Below the pieces are notes generated by a model. The model searched no databases, was not told the origin of the DNA, and saw only the letters and a program-made list of their open reading frames with translations. A stretch of 64,000 nucleotides of DNA from Octopus sinensis (taxonomy: Eukaryota): positions 37,014,001 through 37,078,000 of the forward strand of contig NC_043013.1 in NCBI RefSeq assembly GCF_006345805.1. The letters are read 5' to 3'. Of this stretch, positions 12,499-28,685 are shown piece by piece (within the stretch, counting starts at the first letter, position 1; every line of letters begins with the position of its first letter). Both the position numbers and the translations under genes were made by a program.

Positions 12499-13691
12499 CT
12501 AGGATATAGTAACATCAAATAGTTAGCTTCCATTTACAAGATTGTCACAGTCCATTATCATATCCAAAGGTTGATTAATCCTGTCTCACTACATAACTGT
12601 TGAAACGATTCAAACATATGTATCCTCTATGAAAATGATGTTATACGAAGGCATATGTAAGAAATATTTTACAGTATGGCAAGCATTATCATTATATTTT
12701 TCGCTATATTATTATACTGCTGTAAATGTTGTTAGATGTAGAATCAGTAAAGGGTAAAAATCCATTGCGAATTGATTGCCTGTAACTTTTGTCTTCGCAC
12801 ATTGCCGTAATTCGGTCTCGTTTAGGCGTCGGACAAAATCCCTATAGTTATTTTTCGGACACTTTAGGTTCCCAGTTCAAATTACTGTGGGTTCAGTGTC
12901 GTCTTTCATTTATCCTGGGTTGATAAAATAAAGTAATATTTAAACACTTGGATCGATGGTGTCGAACTACTCCTGGCCCTCTGATAAATTAGAAACCAGT
13001 AAACCATTATGGTGAGGTAACTTACTAGCCACCGACATAGGTTTTATGTTAGTTTTATCTCCTCAGGATTGAATTCCAGAATTCAGAGGACCAATATGAG
13101 CTTGCATCGGAAACGCACAATGCAAAGCAGTTAGTAATACAAATATATATATATAAATACATTTCCGCGAAGAAAAAAGTAAATTTTAAATTTTCTAACA
13201 AAGAAAATGGCTCTATTCCGAGTCGTTGGAAATTTTCATTTCCTTCATCGGAAAAGCATTTACATAATACATATTTTCACTACTATTTTCTTTACTTATT
13301 TATCTATATCATTTGTTTCTTTCATCCAATTTTGTATTATGCATGAAATTTATATAGCGTTGTTAACAATTCATCTGTTATACTTCTCTTTTATTCATCT
13401 CTTCAAATACCATCAAAGACTGCCTTCATTTTTTAAATATATAGTCAGGGTGCAGGAAATTGATGACATGATGCTTTCAACTGTCATGTTTACACTGGAA
13501 AGAATATATTACATTGGTTGCGCGGCACGGCATACATTGCTTGCCAGAGTTATTGTTTTTTATTGATACTATAACGATGATATGCTAATATATTAGTACG
13601 TTGCATTTTATGGTGCGGAAAATACATCATATCTACAAGCATGCGCGTGAGTACGCAAACATAGTTACATAGATACATACATACACACACT

Positions 13692-13735
<44 letters not shown>

Positions 13736-13831
13736 CACTTATCTGTCTATCTATCTATTTATCTATCTACCTATCTCATTACTCACTCTCTTTCACTGCT
13801 GTATGTGTGTCTGTCTCTCTATCTATCTAGC

Positions 13832-13867
<36 letters not shown>

Positions 13868-14084
13868 AAGAGAGAGAGAGAGAGATACATTTTACACATA
13901 TATATGTATATATGAATATACATGCATAAATATGTACATGTATATTTATGTATAAGTATATATATATGGATGTGTATATATATACATATATGTGTATACA
14001 TATATATAAATATATATTTGTATATATGTATACATATTTGTATATATATATATCTATGTATATATATGTGTCTATATATATAAT

Positions 14085-14194
<110 letters not shown>

Positions 14195-14726
14195 TTATGG
14201 GGGTATCATTTTAAATGCTTCTTGAGAATATAGACAACTATTTTATACTTAGTAAACATCTATTTTATACGCAACAAACATCTGGTTTCAATAACCTTAC
14301 ACATGAATCTTACCTTCTGTTTGGCAGCGAAGCCGATGGCTCTATCATGATATTTCTGTTATTTTTGTTTATTAAAGGGTGGTTTTAGTGTTGTTTTAGA
14401 CTTTCTGTGTACTCGTTTAGTAACTTATTATCACAGCTACTCCTCTCTCGAACCTCGTATGCTTGTATATATTTTTGTAACTGAAGGCATCTTTAGTTCT
14501 AAGAAATCTTAAACGAAAGCTTGAGTAAAGTTTTGATGACAAGCGATATTCTGTGTACATATATATATATATATACGTATACATATGTATAGGAATATAT
14601 ACGTATCTACATATATGCATGTATGTTGAAATATAACGAAATACATATATATATATATGCGTGTATATATCAAAGTATGTATGTATATGGGTATATATAT
14701 ATAGCTTGATATATGTAGAAAGTAAT

Positions 14727-14768
<42 letters not shown>

Positions 14769-15366
14769 CACCACAGCACCCCACTCATATAAGGGCACTC
14801 ATTTTGGCAAATTATACTTGCCTCTAGCATATACATATGTGCAGTGTTTATTATGATTTAGTTCAGTGTTAATATCATACGAAGAGGATGGCGACAAAAC
14901 GAAGGTTTGGAAGGTTAGACTTCAATACAGCATAATACTCCAGGGTCTCTTTTCGATGTTGTACAGCTATTTGATTTTTGTCTAATGAGAAGTAATAACA
15001 ATATACAATTAGCAACTCAGATATAGGCAAAAACCAAAAAAATAAAAAAATAAAATAAGGAACAGAATTTGTTCGTTAAATCAACTGTGTGTGTGGAAAC
15101 AAACTGTGTCAGTGAAAACGTGACTCTGTAAATAAGAATTATAATAAAAATATATTTCATGATTTGTTATTTAGATATTAACAGAAGGAAGGAAAGATTT
15201 TTAATTCTACGGTTTACAGATGCTTTCATCAAATATGAAGGACGCGGACACAGCTGCGAGATGTTAATATTTCATTTGAACTCTTACGTTGAGTGGTTGA
15301 GGACAAAACATTTGCAAGGTGGAATTTTCACATGGATGTGATTACTCGTTACAATTACACACACAC

Positions 15367-15440
<74 letters not shown>

Positions 15441-15924
15441 ACGGTTTCACACACAAACACACCTACATAAACACATACACACACACGCACATACACATAC
15501 ATACTGATATGTGTATATGTAAAGTTCTATATATATGTGTATGTATTTATGCATGTGTATATATATATACATTTATATATATATATACACATATCTATAC
15601 ATATATATATAAGCATATGTCTATATATATGCATTTATATATATATATATGTGTGTGAGTGTGTGTATGTGTGTGTATATGTATGAATATAGACATGCAT
15701 ATATTTATACATACATACATATATATATGCATACATGCACACACGTATGTGCATAATATATATGTATATATATGTATATATATATATATATATATACATA
15801 CAAATATATATATGTATATATGTATATATATATATACACACACTAAGGCAATGAACAGAGTAAGGCACATAAAAATTGAGGGACAAGTTTTAAGAAAGGA
15901 AGACATGTATTAGCTGAAACCTCA

Positions 15925-15993
<69 letters not shown>

Positions 15994-16037
15994 AGGGGAG
16001 AGGGAGAGAGACTGCGGCTATGCTGCAGCAACTCTTT

Positions 16038-16215
16038 TAGTTTAACAAATCGACCTCAGGACTTATTCATTCTAAGCCTAGTATTTATTGTAGCACTCTC
16101 TTGTGCCGAACCGCTAATGATACGGGGACATAGACACACCAGCATCGGTTGTCAAGCGACAGTCGAGGGACAAACACAGACACGCAAGCACAAATACACA
16201 CACAGACACACACAG

Positions 16216-16282
<67 letters not shown>

Positions 16283-16283
16283 A

Positions 16284-16364
<81 letters not shown>

Positions 16365-16506
16365 CATACGTATATATATGTACGACAGGCTTCTTTCTGT
16401 TTGCGTCTATCAAATCCATTCATTAGGTTTTAGTCGGCCCGAGTGACGCGCAGTGGGATTGAACCCATAACCTTATGGTTGGGAAGTAAGCTTACCACGC
16501 AGCCAA
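16038..16506 (-). mobile_element. SINE family B with expanded internal (CA)n/(TA)n
   Basis: Tail at 16038-16190 and head at 16381-16506 separated by ~190 bp of microsatellite. Confidence 0.8.
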
Positions 16507-16811
16507 AAGTTAGGCACGATAAAGAAAAATAGACGAAAAGTAAGTGAATCGACTTAATCCGTTTGTCTGTCCTTGTTTGTCTCCTCTATGTTTAGCCCCT
16601 TGTGGGCAATAAAGGAATAGGAAACAATAAAGTGAAACTCTGGGTAACAGTCTTTGTGATGGTTTTGTAGCTTTAAGAATAAAATAATTTTTTGTACATT
16701 CAATATTCGAGTACTATTTTTTCCACCTTGTTTTGCATTTATGTGCTTATTCGGAGTGGAAACTACATATATGTATAGTTGCTGTTGCATAGAAGCTTGT
16801 TTGTGGGTATA

Positions 16812-16975
16812 TACAAGGAGGTGCTGAAAGGTTCTCGCCTTTAAGGGTAGCGCGACAGCCTGTTTAGAAGCCACATCTTTCGAGTTATTTTACAGGGCTC
16901 AGAAAAACTGAAGGACCACTGCCACAAGTAAGTGGATCTGCGATAGGAATATGTTGAGTAAAAACATAAATAACT
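16812..16975. mobile_element. Mariner-derived MITE fragment
   Basis: TA-CAAGGAGGTGCTGAAAGGTTC TIR-like start, followed by sequence resembling a mariner C-terminus (EK...G.YVE*). Confidence 0.5.
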
Positions 16976-17004
16976 ATACATTATTTACATTTGACGGATA
17001 TTAG

Positions 17005-17114
17005 TCCTCAACTTGTTAACACAACGTTTCGGCTGATATACCCCCCAGCTTGGGTTCTAATTCCTAAGGTATTTTTTGATGTTGTTGTTGTCATCATCAT
17101 CATCATCATCATCA

Positions 17115-17162
<48 letters not shown>

Positions 17163-17227
17163 TCACTGCTTGGAATCGAACTCGGAATCTTGTGGTTAGT
17201 AGCCTGCGCTCTTAACCACTACGCGAT
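17005..17227 (-). mobile_element. tRNA-headed SINE with internal (AAT/GAT)n and a tail carrying half of an HHR-like motif
   Basis: Minus head CGCGTAGTGGTTAAGAGCGCAGGCT..GAGTTCGATTCC; tail contains GCTG-GGGGGTATAT-CAGCC-GAAACGTT-GTGTT. Confidence 0.6.
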
Positions 17228-17644
17228 TCTGCTTGCTTAGTCCATTATTTTCACCGCGCGTTTACGTATTTTTTCTATTTAAAAAAAAAAATTACTTTTT
17301 GTTTTTTTTTGTTTTCTCTCCACATAGGCAGAACAGAAAGCCATAACAGACCGCCGTTCCATGAGCACGCATGTGATACAGGTCTGAAGAAGTGCTATTC
17401 TAATTTTTAAACCCGCGAGTGTTATGCAACCTTTTCACTTGAAACCTTCTGCGTGTGCTGACGGCGAAAACAAATTTGTTAAAGAAACAGTTGCAATCAT
17501 TAGTTGTTCTCTAATCCCTACTATAATTTACTCTTTTACAGTTGTGATCTATGGATTTTCTACACCTGAAAAATTTCGATATTAGTCTGGAATCCAACAG
17601 TTTAGAGAGAATAAATCTCAGGTTGAGTGCTGCATTGGGAATAC

Positions 17645-17911
<267 letters not shown>

Positions 17912-17936
17912 AAGATAGATAGATAGATATATATAT

Positions 17937-17968
<32 letters not shown>

Positions 17969-18829
17969 ATATATATATTATATATATATATAAAACTGAG
18001 AATGTGTCTGTCTTCCTGTCAGTGTTTTTCCCTAAAACTGAAGAACTACACAACCAATTTCATTCATATTGTACGTGCCTTACTTAAGGTCCGGGGAGTG
18101 TCATCGGCAAAAAAATGTTGAACTTCATGCCTAGAGCGAGTCCATAGCAAAATCATATCTTCTCCACTATTTCAGTATTACGTGTTAAAATTGAAACAAA
18201 AACTTTTCTCTATTTTATGTCAGATACTTTCACTTTAATAATAAAAATTAGAGATAATGATAACAATTGAATTATATGTAGTAAGTAATAATTAAAATCA
18301 AACTAAAGTATAATATAATAATTAAATCGTAACATAATTAAAAGTAAAAATAGTTATTCGTATAAAATTGCATCAATGACTTGAACTTGAATAAGTGGTT
18401 TCACATGAATAGTAATAAATAAAAAATAAAATTTAAGTGCAGAAATGGAATAGTCCAGATGGAGCTGTGCACATACCCTTTACCACGGCTTTTACATTAT
18501 ATTATCTATTAATTAGCTAGCATTAAGTATCTATATGAAGTTTGGCTGTATGTAATGTATGTTTTCCCGAACAGACGCTTCTACTGAGTACTGTTGTTGG
18601 TTTATTTCTGATCCATAAAGGACTATAGTTTCAACTGAGTACTGAATTTAGATTCACCGTAAGGTTTCTTGTTATTATTATTACTGTTTAACTATTGTTA
18701 TCACGTTTGTTGGTTCCTCGTAAGGAAAGCGTTGTTGTGTTGCATTTGTTAAATAATTATAAACCGTAACCCTCCCCCTTTAGGAGAAGGAGATTTGGTT
18801 ATTGTTTAAAAACTGAATTGTGTCCCTGT

Positions 18830-19400
18830 TGGGGGAAATTGACAATATTTGTACCGTTTATACGGGAGCATTTATGCTAAAATGTCTTCGATAGAAGAAA
18901 GTCCAAAAATGAATTTCGTTGCAGCCGTCGGCAGGTGCGAACTAATTAAAATTAAAATTAAAGAAATATTTCGGATTGATCACCGACAAAGACGGTGAAT
19001 CTAGGACAACACCACCACGAAATAAAATATAAAATTAAAGAAAAGACTATTGTCTATAAAGTATACAATGTAGAGTAAAAAAGAAGATTTGAACAACTGG
19101 AGGAAAGCACCATTGAAAACTGTCTTGATGCGATTATGAAAGATATCAAGTATCTAACCAGAGGCGGTAAATTCGCCACAATAGAAGCAAGGTTCGAGTC
19201 AACGGAGCGAGCAAGGGAGTACTCGACTCGAACCTTGCAAAGTGGAAATATTTTAATTTTACCTTTATATCTGGGACGTAGGACGTCCCGGATAAAAATT
19301 TAAAATGTTATCCCATAAGCAGAGGTAGGCTGGATTGTAGCCACACTTCTATACAAGAGGGAGAACAAAATACAATTGGTCGAAATTGTAAGAAACGGGC
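18830..19400 (+). mobile_element. LINE ORF1 fragment (L1/Tx1-like, RRM-like)
   Basis: Frame 19088-19303 reads FEQLEESTIENCLDAIMKDIKYLTRGGKFATIEARFESTERAREYSTRTLQSGNILILPLYLGRRTSRIKI. Resembles Tx1/L1 ORF1 by pattern only. Confidence 0.5.
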
Positions 19401-19540
19401 CTACAATTCCAGTCTGTTATATATTTTGAGTATTGTTATCACTATCGATATCAAGATATAAATTTGTATTTTGTATTTTATGTGTAGATGTATATATATA
19501 GATGTACATGTAATATGTACACACACACACACACACACAC

Positions 19541-19617
<77 letters not shown>

Positions 19618-19927
19618 GTGAAATAGAAAGATGAATAATCTTGTAGTAGATTAATCAAAAGTTTAACCGATACCTTAGTAGCAAAAATCACAGCAGTAAA
19701 CAGCACGGTTGGAGGTACAACCATATGGTGTTGCAACCGTGCGTTGGTGCGGATAATTGAATTTAAAACATTATTGGTGAATTGAAGAAATGGAGCTGAA
19801 CGCAGATTGAACAGAAATCGTTTTATTTCATTCTACACGTGTTTCGAAAGGCACAAATTACCAAAATCCGATTGCTAGTATATAAATAAAAGTGATGATA
19901 TATATTTATATACATATATATATATAT

Positions 19928-20090
19928 GAAGGGTTTCTTTCAGTTTCCTCCAACCAAATCCACTCACAAGGCTTTGGTCGGCCCGAGGCTATAGTAGAAG
20001 ACACTATGCCAAGGTTCCACGCAGTGGGACTGAACTCGGAACCATGTGGTAGGTAGGTGAGCTTCTCACCACACATCCACTCCTGCACCT
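19928..20090 (-). mobile_element. SINE family B 5' half
   Basis: Reverse match to the B head and CORE-like segment. Confidence 0.8.
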
Positions 20091-20104
20091 ATATGTGAGT
20101 ATTT

Positions 20105-22130
<2,026 letters not shown>

Positions 22131-22717
22131 CACCCATCACCTCTATCACATCTCACACCACCAAAGCCGAGCACAGCAGAACGTTGCAGACCACAATGAA
22201 GCCCTCGTTTTCCAGTTTTATATTGGTAATGATTCGAATTGATTGCAGATATAAGAAACACGACATAAATGACACTAGTAACGGATTTGAGTAAGGCAGG
22301 CGGTTTCCGGTTCTTTCTGTCTATGTTCGACAGTTTAGGCAACTGTCGACATTAATCAATGGCACGATAATAATCACCAGCAAATTTATCAATTGTCTCC
22401 CAGCGGTGAAGGAAATCAATTGGAGGATACGATCTGGTCAAGTCTGGACAGGTCAACTAAGAACAACACCCCATGTATGTCTATGTATGTATGTATGTAT
22501 GTATGTATGTATGTATGTATGTATGTATGAATGTATGTATGCATGTATATGTGCATATGTTCAAATATATAAATGTATATATATATATATATATACGTAT
22601 ATATGTATACATATACCTATATATATATGTATGTATACGTACATATATATATATACATATACATATACATATATATATATGTATATATATATGTACGTAT
22701 ACATGTGTATGTATATG

Positions 22718-22748
<31 letters not shown>

Positions 22749-23316
22749 GCATATATAAATGTACATATATATCTATGCATGTATATCTATATATATATAT
22801 GTATTATATATATATATATATATATGCATATATAAATGTACATATATATCTATGCATGTATATGTATATATGCATATATATTTACATAAATATATGCACC
22901 TATATATATATATATATATATATACATATATAAACATTATATATATATATATGAATGCAAATGCCTGTGTGAGCTTTAGTCCCTTTCTGTAAATAAAGGA
23001 GTTCATATCTATATATACACAGACACCTCCTCTGTGTATGTATGTGTGTGAATGTGTGTGCCTGTGTGTGTTTTACTGTGTTTACGTATTAGTTTTTGTC
23101 AATAGACAACATAGAGTTTTCTAATGAAATTTTTAGAGGTTGCTACGATAACAAAAGCAGTTTTATGCCTTGCAGACCTAACAACAGGTCCTAAGTGAGA
23201 GTATGATGTAGAGAACAATTAAATGGAATTATAGCTAATCAGGTAATATTTTGCAGAAATGTCGAATGCAAACATACAAAGGCAATAGTAATTATGCTAC
23301 TGTTACAACAGCAATA

Positions 23317-23319
<3 letters not shown>

Positions 23320-23347
<28 letters not shown>

Positions 23348-23433
23348 TACTACTACTACTACTACTACTACTACTATTATTATTATTTCCGCTGTTGCTG
23401 CTCCTGCTACTGATAATAATAATGATGATGATG

Positions 23434-23475
<42 letters not shown>

Positions 23476-23664
23476 GTAATGATAATAATAATAATAATAA
23501 TGATGATAATAAAAATAAAAACAACAATCATAATAGTAATACTTCTACTGCTACTGCTGACACTACCACTAACTAAGAATGATGATGATTATGATAATAA
23601 AAATGATGATGATGATGATGATGATGATGATAATAATAATAATAATAATAATGATAATAGTAAT

Positions 23665-23705
<41 letters not shown>

Positions 23706-23751
23706 CAACAACAACAATAATAATAAGAAGAAGAAGGAGAAGAAGAAGAAG

Positions 23752-23783
<32 letters not shown>

Positions 23784-23786
23784 GAA

Positions 23787-23821
<35 letters not shown>

Positions 23822-23840
23822 AGAAGAAGAAGAAGAAATT
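23320..23840. repeat. Compound trinucleotide microsatellite (CTA/ATA/GAT/AAG)
   Basis: Directly visible. Confidence 0.95.
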
Positions 23841-23887
23841 TTGCCACAAGGGCAACAACTTAGTCGAAGGGGATAGGGCGATCACAT

Positions 23888-24069
23888 CGACACCACCTGC
23901 AGGGGTCATGTGCTATTTATCTTGATATACGATCAGAACGTCACGTACATATGGTTGTGATGCATGTGCCTGGTGCACCCTTATCAGAAGGGTAGTCATG
24001 AAGGGTATACTGGGCTTCGTATATTTTACCCCAGTGTCACTTTGATGGCATGTCCAATTCTCTCACTAA
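23888..24069 (-). mobile_element. Fragment of the unclassified repeat also at 61740-62258
   Basis: Reverse complement of 61740-61915 (GCCATCAAAGTGACACTGGGGTAAAATATACGAAGCCC...). Confidence 0.8.
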
Positions 24070-24070
24070 T

Positions 24071-24118
<48 letters not shown>

Positions 24119-24349
24119 AACTACTACTGATGATAATGATGATGATGATTATGACGATGATGATGATGATTTCAGTTTTTTGCGACAACGGCAACTTGGG
24201 TGAGGGAATTAAGTCGATTACATCGACCACAGTTCGTGACTGGTAATTAGGAATAAATAAATTAATGTTCATGCTAACTTCTTCACAAGAGAATCTGTGG
24301 GAGAATTGGATGGAGAACTATCGGAAGTTATTCAGACTGCTAAATCTTC

Positions 24350-24640
24350 CATCCTTTGAAATTTAAGTCATCAAACTGATAGGTAAATTCAGGCAAGCTG
24401 ACCAGATAATGTTGCGCAAATTCTTCTTAAAAACACGAGTCACTTGCTGGATGTCGCAGTACCAGCTGAGAAAAACGCATCTCTGAAAATGTTTGAGAAA
24501 TTAAGCGAATATGGAGAATTGCATATAGAAATCAAAACAATGCGATACTTCAAAGCAATGACGTTATCTATCGCTTTTGGGGTCATTAATGATTATGATA
24601 CTCTAAAAGTGAATATAATCAAAGAATTGAAAGCCATAGA
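24350..24640 (+). mobile_element. R4/Dong-like LINE C-terminal restriction-like endonuclease remnant
   Basis: LDVAVPAEKNASLKMFEKLSEYGELHIEIK parallels DMTVPIDINVSVKTYQKLSKYKDLEIEIS at 61098-61520. Confidence 0.65.
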
Positions 24641-24689
24641 TCTCAGTATGGGCCACCGATTGTAACACCCAAAAGTTAAATTTGATTAT

Positions 24690-25699
24690 CAAACAACATC
24701 GATAATAAATAGCATGTTCCTGGCCGTCACAGAACTAATAGCCACAGAAACAAATGTTAATATGACCAGGTTAGATAATACAATATATGCAGCAGCCTCT
24801 GTGACCACAAACGAAGCAGGATACCACCTCAAACTCATCCAAACAGGAGTATCACTACCCAAACAAACCTAATAGACAAATAATATCGAGAAAAATAGAA
24901 AATAAAAGGAATGATCTGTCAATCCTTAATGGAACTAGAAGACAATCGATACTACTAATAAACAAATATACTACGTAAATACAAAATTACAAAACAAGGT
25001 ATACCTGAAATTTAAGAACAACTAAAGCAAGATATCCTCGCCAAAGCACAAAGAATCCGCCGGTATGAGAAACGCCAGCTTTTCTTTGAACAAAACAAAC
25101 ATTTCATCTCCAACGAAAAAGATTCTGCGAAGAACTTGGCAAAGATAACGTACAAATCAATGCAACAACAACAGTAGAAGAGAAAGATTTTGGAAAGAAA
25201 TATAGTCGGCGAAGGAACAACCTCAGAAATGATCTATCAAAACAACAAACTCAGCAACTGAACAACACTGGACTCCTATAACAACGGAAGAGGTCACCTA
25301 GTCACTGCAAAAATTAAGCAACTCGATGGCACATGGTTACGACAATATCCCCAACTTCTGGTTAAAATATCTAACCTAAATACATAAAAGGCTAGCTGAG
25401 AAATTTAATGAAATACTAACAATGCCAGAGAAAATACCAGAATGGCCCACTGAAGGGAAAACTATTCTAGTTCCCAAATCCATTGAAACTACAATTTATA
25501 AAGCCTTTACTGCAATAAAATCGCAGGGAATGATCAAGCATCTGGAAGAAAACAACCGGTTTCCGGAAGAGCAGAAGGGATGCTGCAAGGGTTTATACGG
25601 CTGTAAAGACCAGCTACTGGTCAACAATGCCATAACTGGAGACAAGCGTAGAACGAAGGATCTAAGTAAGGCTTGGATCGATTATCGAAAGGCTTTTGT
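24690..25699 (+). mobile_element. R4/Dong-like LINE: N-terminal region and start of RT, pseudogenised
   Basis: AKAQRIRRYEKRQ, PEWPTEGKTILVPK and HLEENNRFPEEQKGCCKGLYGCKDQLLVN...AWIDYRKAF are RT motifs of RLE-bearing LINEs. Confidence 0.85.
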
Positions 25700-26254
25700 A
25701 TTTGTATGCACGTGACGTGCTTTTATCTTTCTCTTCTCAACGCTCGATTTTCTTGTGTCCAGCATTTCACAACGTCTTGACTTAACAGCCCTCACCGTCT
25801 GTTTTTACTGTTTTGTTCTCACTGTCCTGTTTTGGTTACGACTTTCACCCTCTGCAAAAAATCCCAAGTTTTATTTAATTTTATTTGCGGGAAGGACTGT
25901 TTTAATGAGGAGTAGATAACACAACGGACAACTGATGAAACGAATGTTCTTTATGTTACATGTCTCGTTTCTCTGATGTTCGCTTTTTTTCGTTCGAAAA
26001 ATTCATTTTTCTATATTTTTGTTTTTCCTGTTCTCATTTCGCATTCTGTCACGTTTCTTCGATATGCTGTATATATATGCATGTATATATACATATATAT
26101 GTAGGTATGTACATATATGTGTGTATATAGACGCCCTCTTTCACACATACTCTCTTACACACACGCGCAGCTTCGTTTTGGGATCACCACTACTTTGTTA
26201 TCTCCCCTACTTCTTCGCTCTCCTGTGTGATCCTTCTATCCGGCATTTGCCATG

Positions 26255-26435
26255 ATAGATCGGTAGCCACTACACACATTTTTTTCTCTCCTTGTTTCTT
26301 TCTGTGTTCCTTTCTGTGGAAGAGCGCAGGCTGGAAACGTTAAAGACTTTTTTCAATTCGCGAGCATCATACTAATACATATGTTGTTTTCTACACAACC
26401 TGTCTTCGTCTTTTGCTTTTTTCGTGAATTCTCCC
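26255..26435 (+). mobile_element. Family P repeat with minimal HHR-like motif
   Basis: CTTT-CTGTGGA-A-GAGC-GCAG-GCTG-GAAA-CGT-T-AAAG at 26310-26345; homologous to 31950-32097 in reverse. Confidence 0.6.
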
Positions 26436-26559
<124 letters not shown>

Positions 26560-26571
26560 TCGACTAAACTC

Positions 26572-26903
26572 TCAGTAACGGTGCTCTAGAGTAAAGATTA
26601 TTTGCCAATATAACGTGGCAGTCCTGGTTAGGGTAAATGTTAGACCTATTTAAACCTAGTAAACATCATCTCCATCTAGCTATATGACGCGCAATTTGTG
26701 TCCTTATATTTTCGAACAAGGGAGTTTATCATTCCCACTCAGCACAAAACAATATCTGTGTATCATGTTTTTAGGTTATTTCTGTTCATGAGTACAAAAT
26801 AACTGCTCAGTTAGAGCTGGCACTTCTAAATTCTTGTTCCATATATATTGGCCTTACCACGTTATTTTGGCAAATAATCTTTACTCTCGCGTACTGTTAC
26901 TGA
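26572..26903. mobile_element. MITE with ~48-bp imperfect TIRs
   Basis: TCAGTAACGGTGCTCTAGAGTAAAGATTATTTGCCAATATAACGTGG versus the reverse complement of 26857-26903. Confidence 0.75.
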
Positions 26904-26991
26904 ATTTCTCTTATTGCGTAATTTTCTATCTTATTAGATCAGTAACTGTGTGTCTATATGAAAACTAAATAATCTAAGTGAGGCGTATACC

Positions 26992-27224
26992 TATTTCTTT
27001 ACTATCCACAAGGGGCTAAACACAGAGGGGACAAAGAAGGACAGACAAAGGGATTAAGTCGATTATATCGATCCCAGTGCGTAACCGGTACTTATTTAAT
27101 CGACCCCGAAAGGATGAAAGGCAAAGTCGACCTCGGCGGAATTTGAATGCAGAACGTAACGGCAGACGAAATGCGGCTAGGCATTTCGCCTGGCGTGCTA
27201 ACGTTTCTGCCAGCTCGCCGCCTT
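26992..27224 (-). mobile_element. Full-length SINE family A
   Basis: Perfect 15-bp TSD AGTGAGGCGTATACC at 26977-26991 and 27225-27239. Confidence 0.92.
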
Positions 27225-27535
27225 AGTGAGGCGTATACCGCCGTGCAAGGATATCTTGCTACTTTGTTGCAAGGAAATATATGTGGTCCGGATTTCCCAT
27301 TCCGTAACACTTATATGTTTTCTTTCGCACATTCAGCAACCCTGGTTGCTTACCGAGGAATATAAAAAGAACTTTAATTACAGTTCATCATCCTTCGACA
27401 AAATTTAAAAAATCTGCAAACTTCCGTCTCAATAAACCACAATTGTTTTTTTTTATATATTCACTACAGATTGCTCGAGGCTAACCTCCTTCCTACACCT
27501 CGATTCCTGGATCTTACCTTTATATATATACAAAT

Positions 27536-27582
<47 letters not shown>

Positions 27583-27673
27583 GTATTCAGGTATGTGGTA
27601 AGTTGTTTCTGCTGTCGGTGACCACTCTTCTCTCTCCAGTCATTTCGATGAATATTATCATTATAGCTAGAGA

Positions 27674-27890
27674 AGTGAGCTGGCAGAATCGCTAGGACGT
27701 TGGACAAATGCTTAGCGACATTTCGTCTGCATTTACGTTTCGATTTCAAATTCCGCCACGGTCGACTTTGCTTTTCATCCCTTTCCGGTCGATTAAATAA
27801 GTACCAATTGAAAAATGGGGCCGATGTAATCGATCTACCCCACCCCCACCGAAATTGCTTGCCTTGTGCCAATCTTTGAAATCAATAATA
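27674..27890 (+). mobile_element. SINE family A variant with a different tail
   Basis: GTGAGCTGGCAGAATCG head and GTCGACTTTGCTTTTCATCC central motif. Confidence 0.75.
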
Positions 27891-28639
27891 TTATTATAGC
27901 TGTAACAACATATCTCTTTTCTATACCTTTCCAACCGTGATAAAGCTATACTGATGTCAGGTGGCGTATATGTAGGACTGCTGTTTAACATTAGGCTGTT
28001 ATATTAAGTATAGCACACATCCACGAAGAAGAGACATCCTCATTAATCTAGAATGTTAAGTAAGTTTTAAAATTAAAGCACCAATTGTATGAATGACAGA
28101 TTCCAGTTACTGGAAAGTTCAAACTGATAGAAAAATTAAGGTTAATGACGGCAGGTGAGGGTTGGGAGTTTGTAAAGACCAATCACGTTAAGGCGTTACA
28201 TTGGACGAAAAGAAATTAAGTAAATAGTAAAATATCTTGTCATCAACTTTTACTTCAAATGCTGTAAAGATTCTTGATAAAAGGAAGATAATTTTATGGA
28301 TGCATGTCTCAGTTTTGACCTGAATCTGTCAGTTCAAATAGTCCTGCCGCCATTCAAGCCCTGTCTGGAGCTGTCGTTTTCTCGTACGTTTACCGTTATC
28401 TCCATTATCCTCCAAACATTCCGCAAAAACTCTCTTGATGTGTTCCATCGTTTAGAAGAAAGTGTGATATATTTGATAAGACTTACTTGATTTCTACTTC
28501 CACTCAACTTGGAATTCTTTAATCAAGAAATATGTGTCGTGCACTCAAACATGCCAGCCAACAAAGTGAATATGTACATGTTTATATATATATATATGTA
28601 TGTATGTATGTGTGTGTGTGAGAGCGCGTATGTGTAACA

Positions 28640-28685
<46 letters not shown>

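Noticed and set aside
17327-17625. Acceptor-like sites at 17327 and 17540, ORF MDFLHLKNF..., and CTGAAGA...GAAAC at 17372-17436
   Set aside because: No corroborating exons; the hammerhead-like words lack proper stems I and III
19825-19850. Minus-strand GAAAC-ACGU-GUA palindromic half motif
   Set aside because: No CUGANGA upstream; cannot be called a ribozyme
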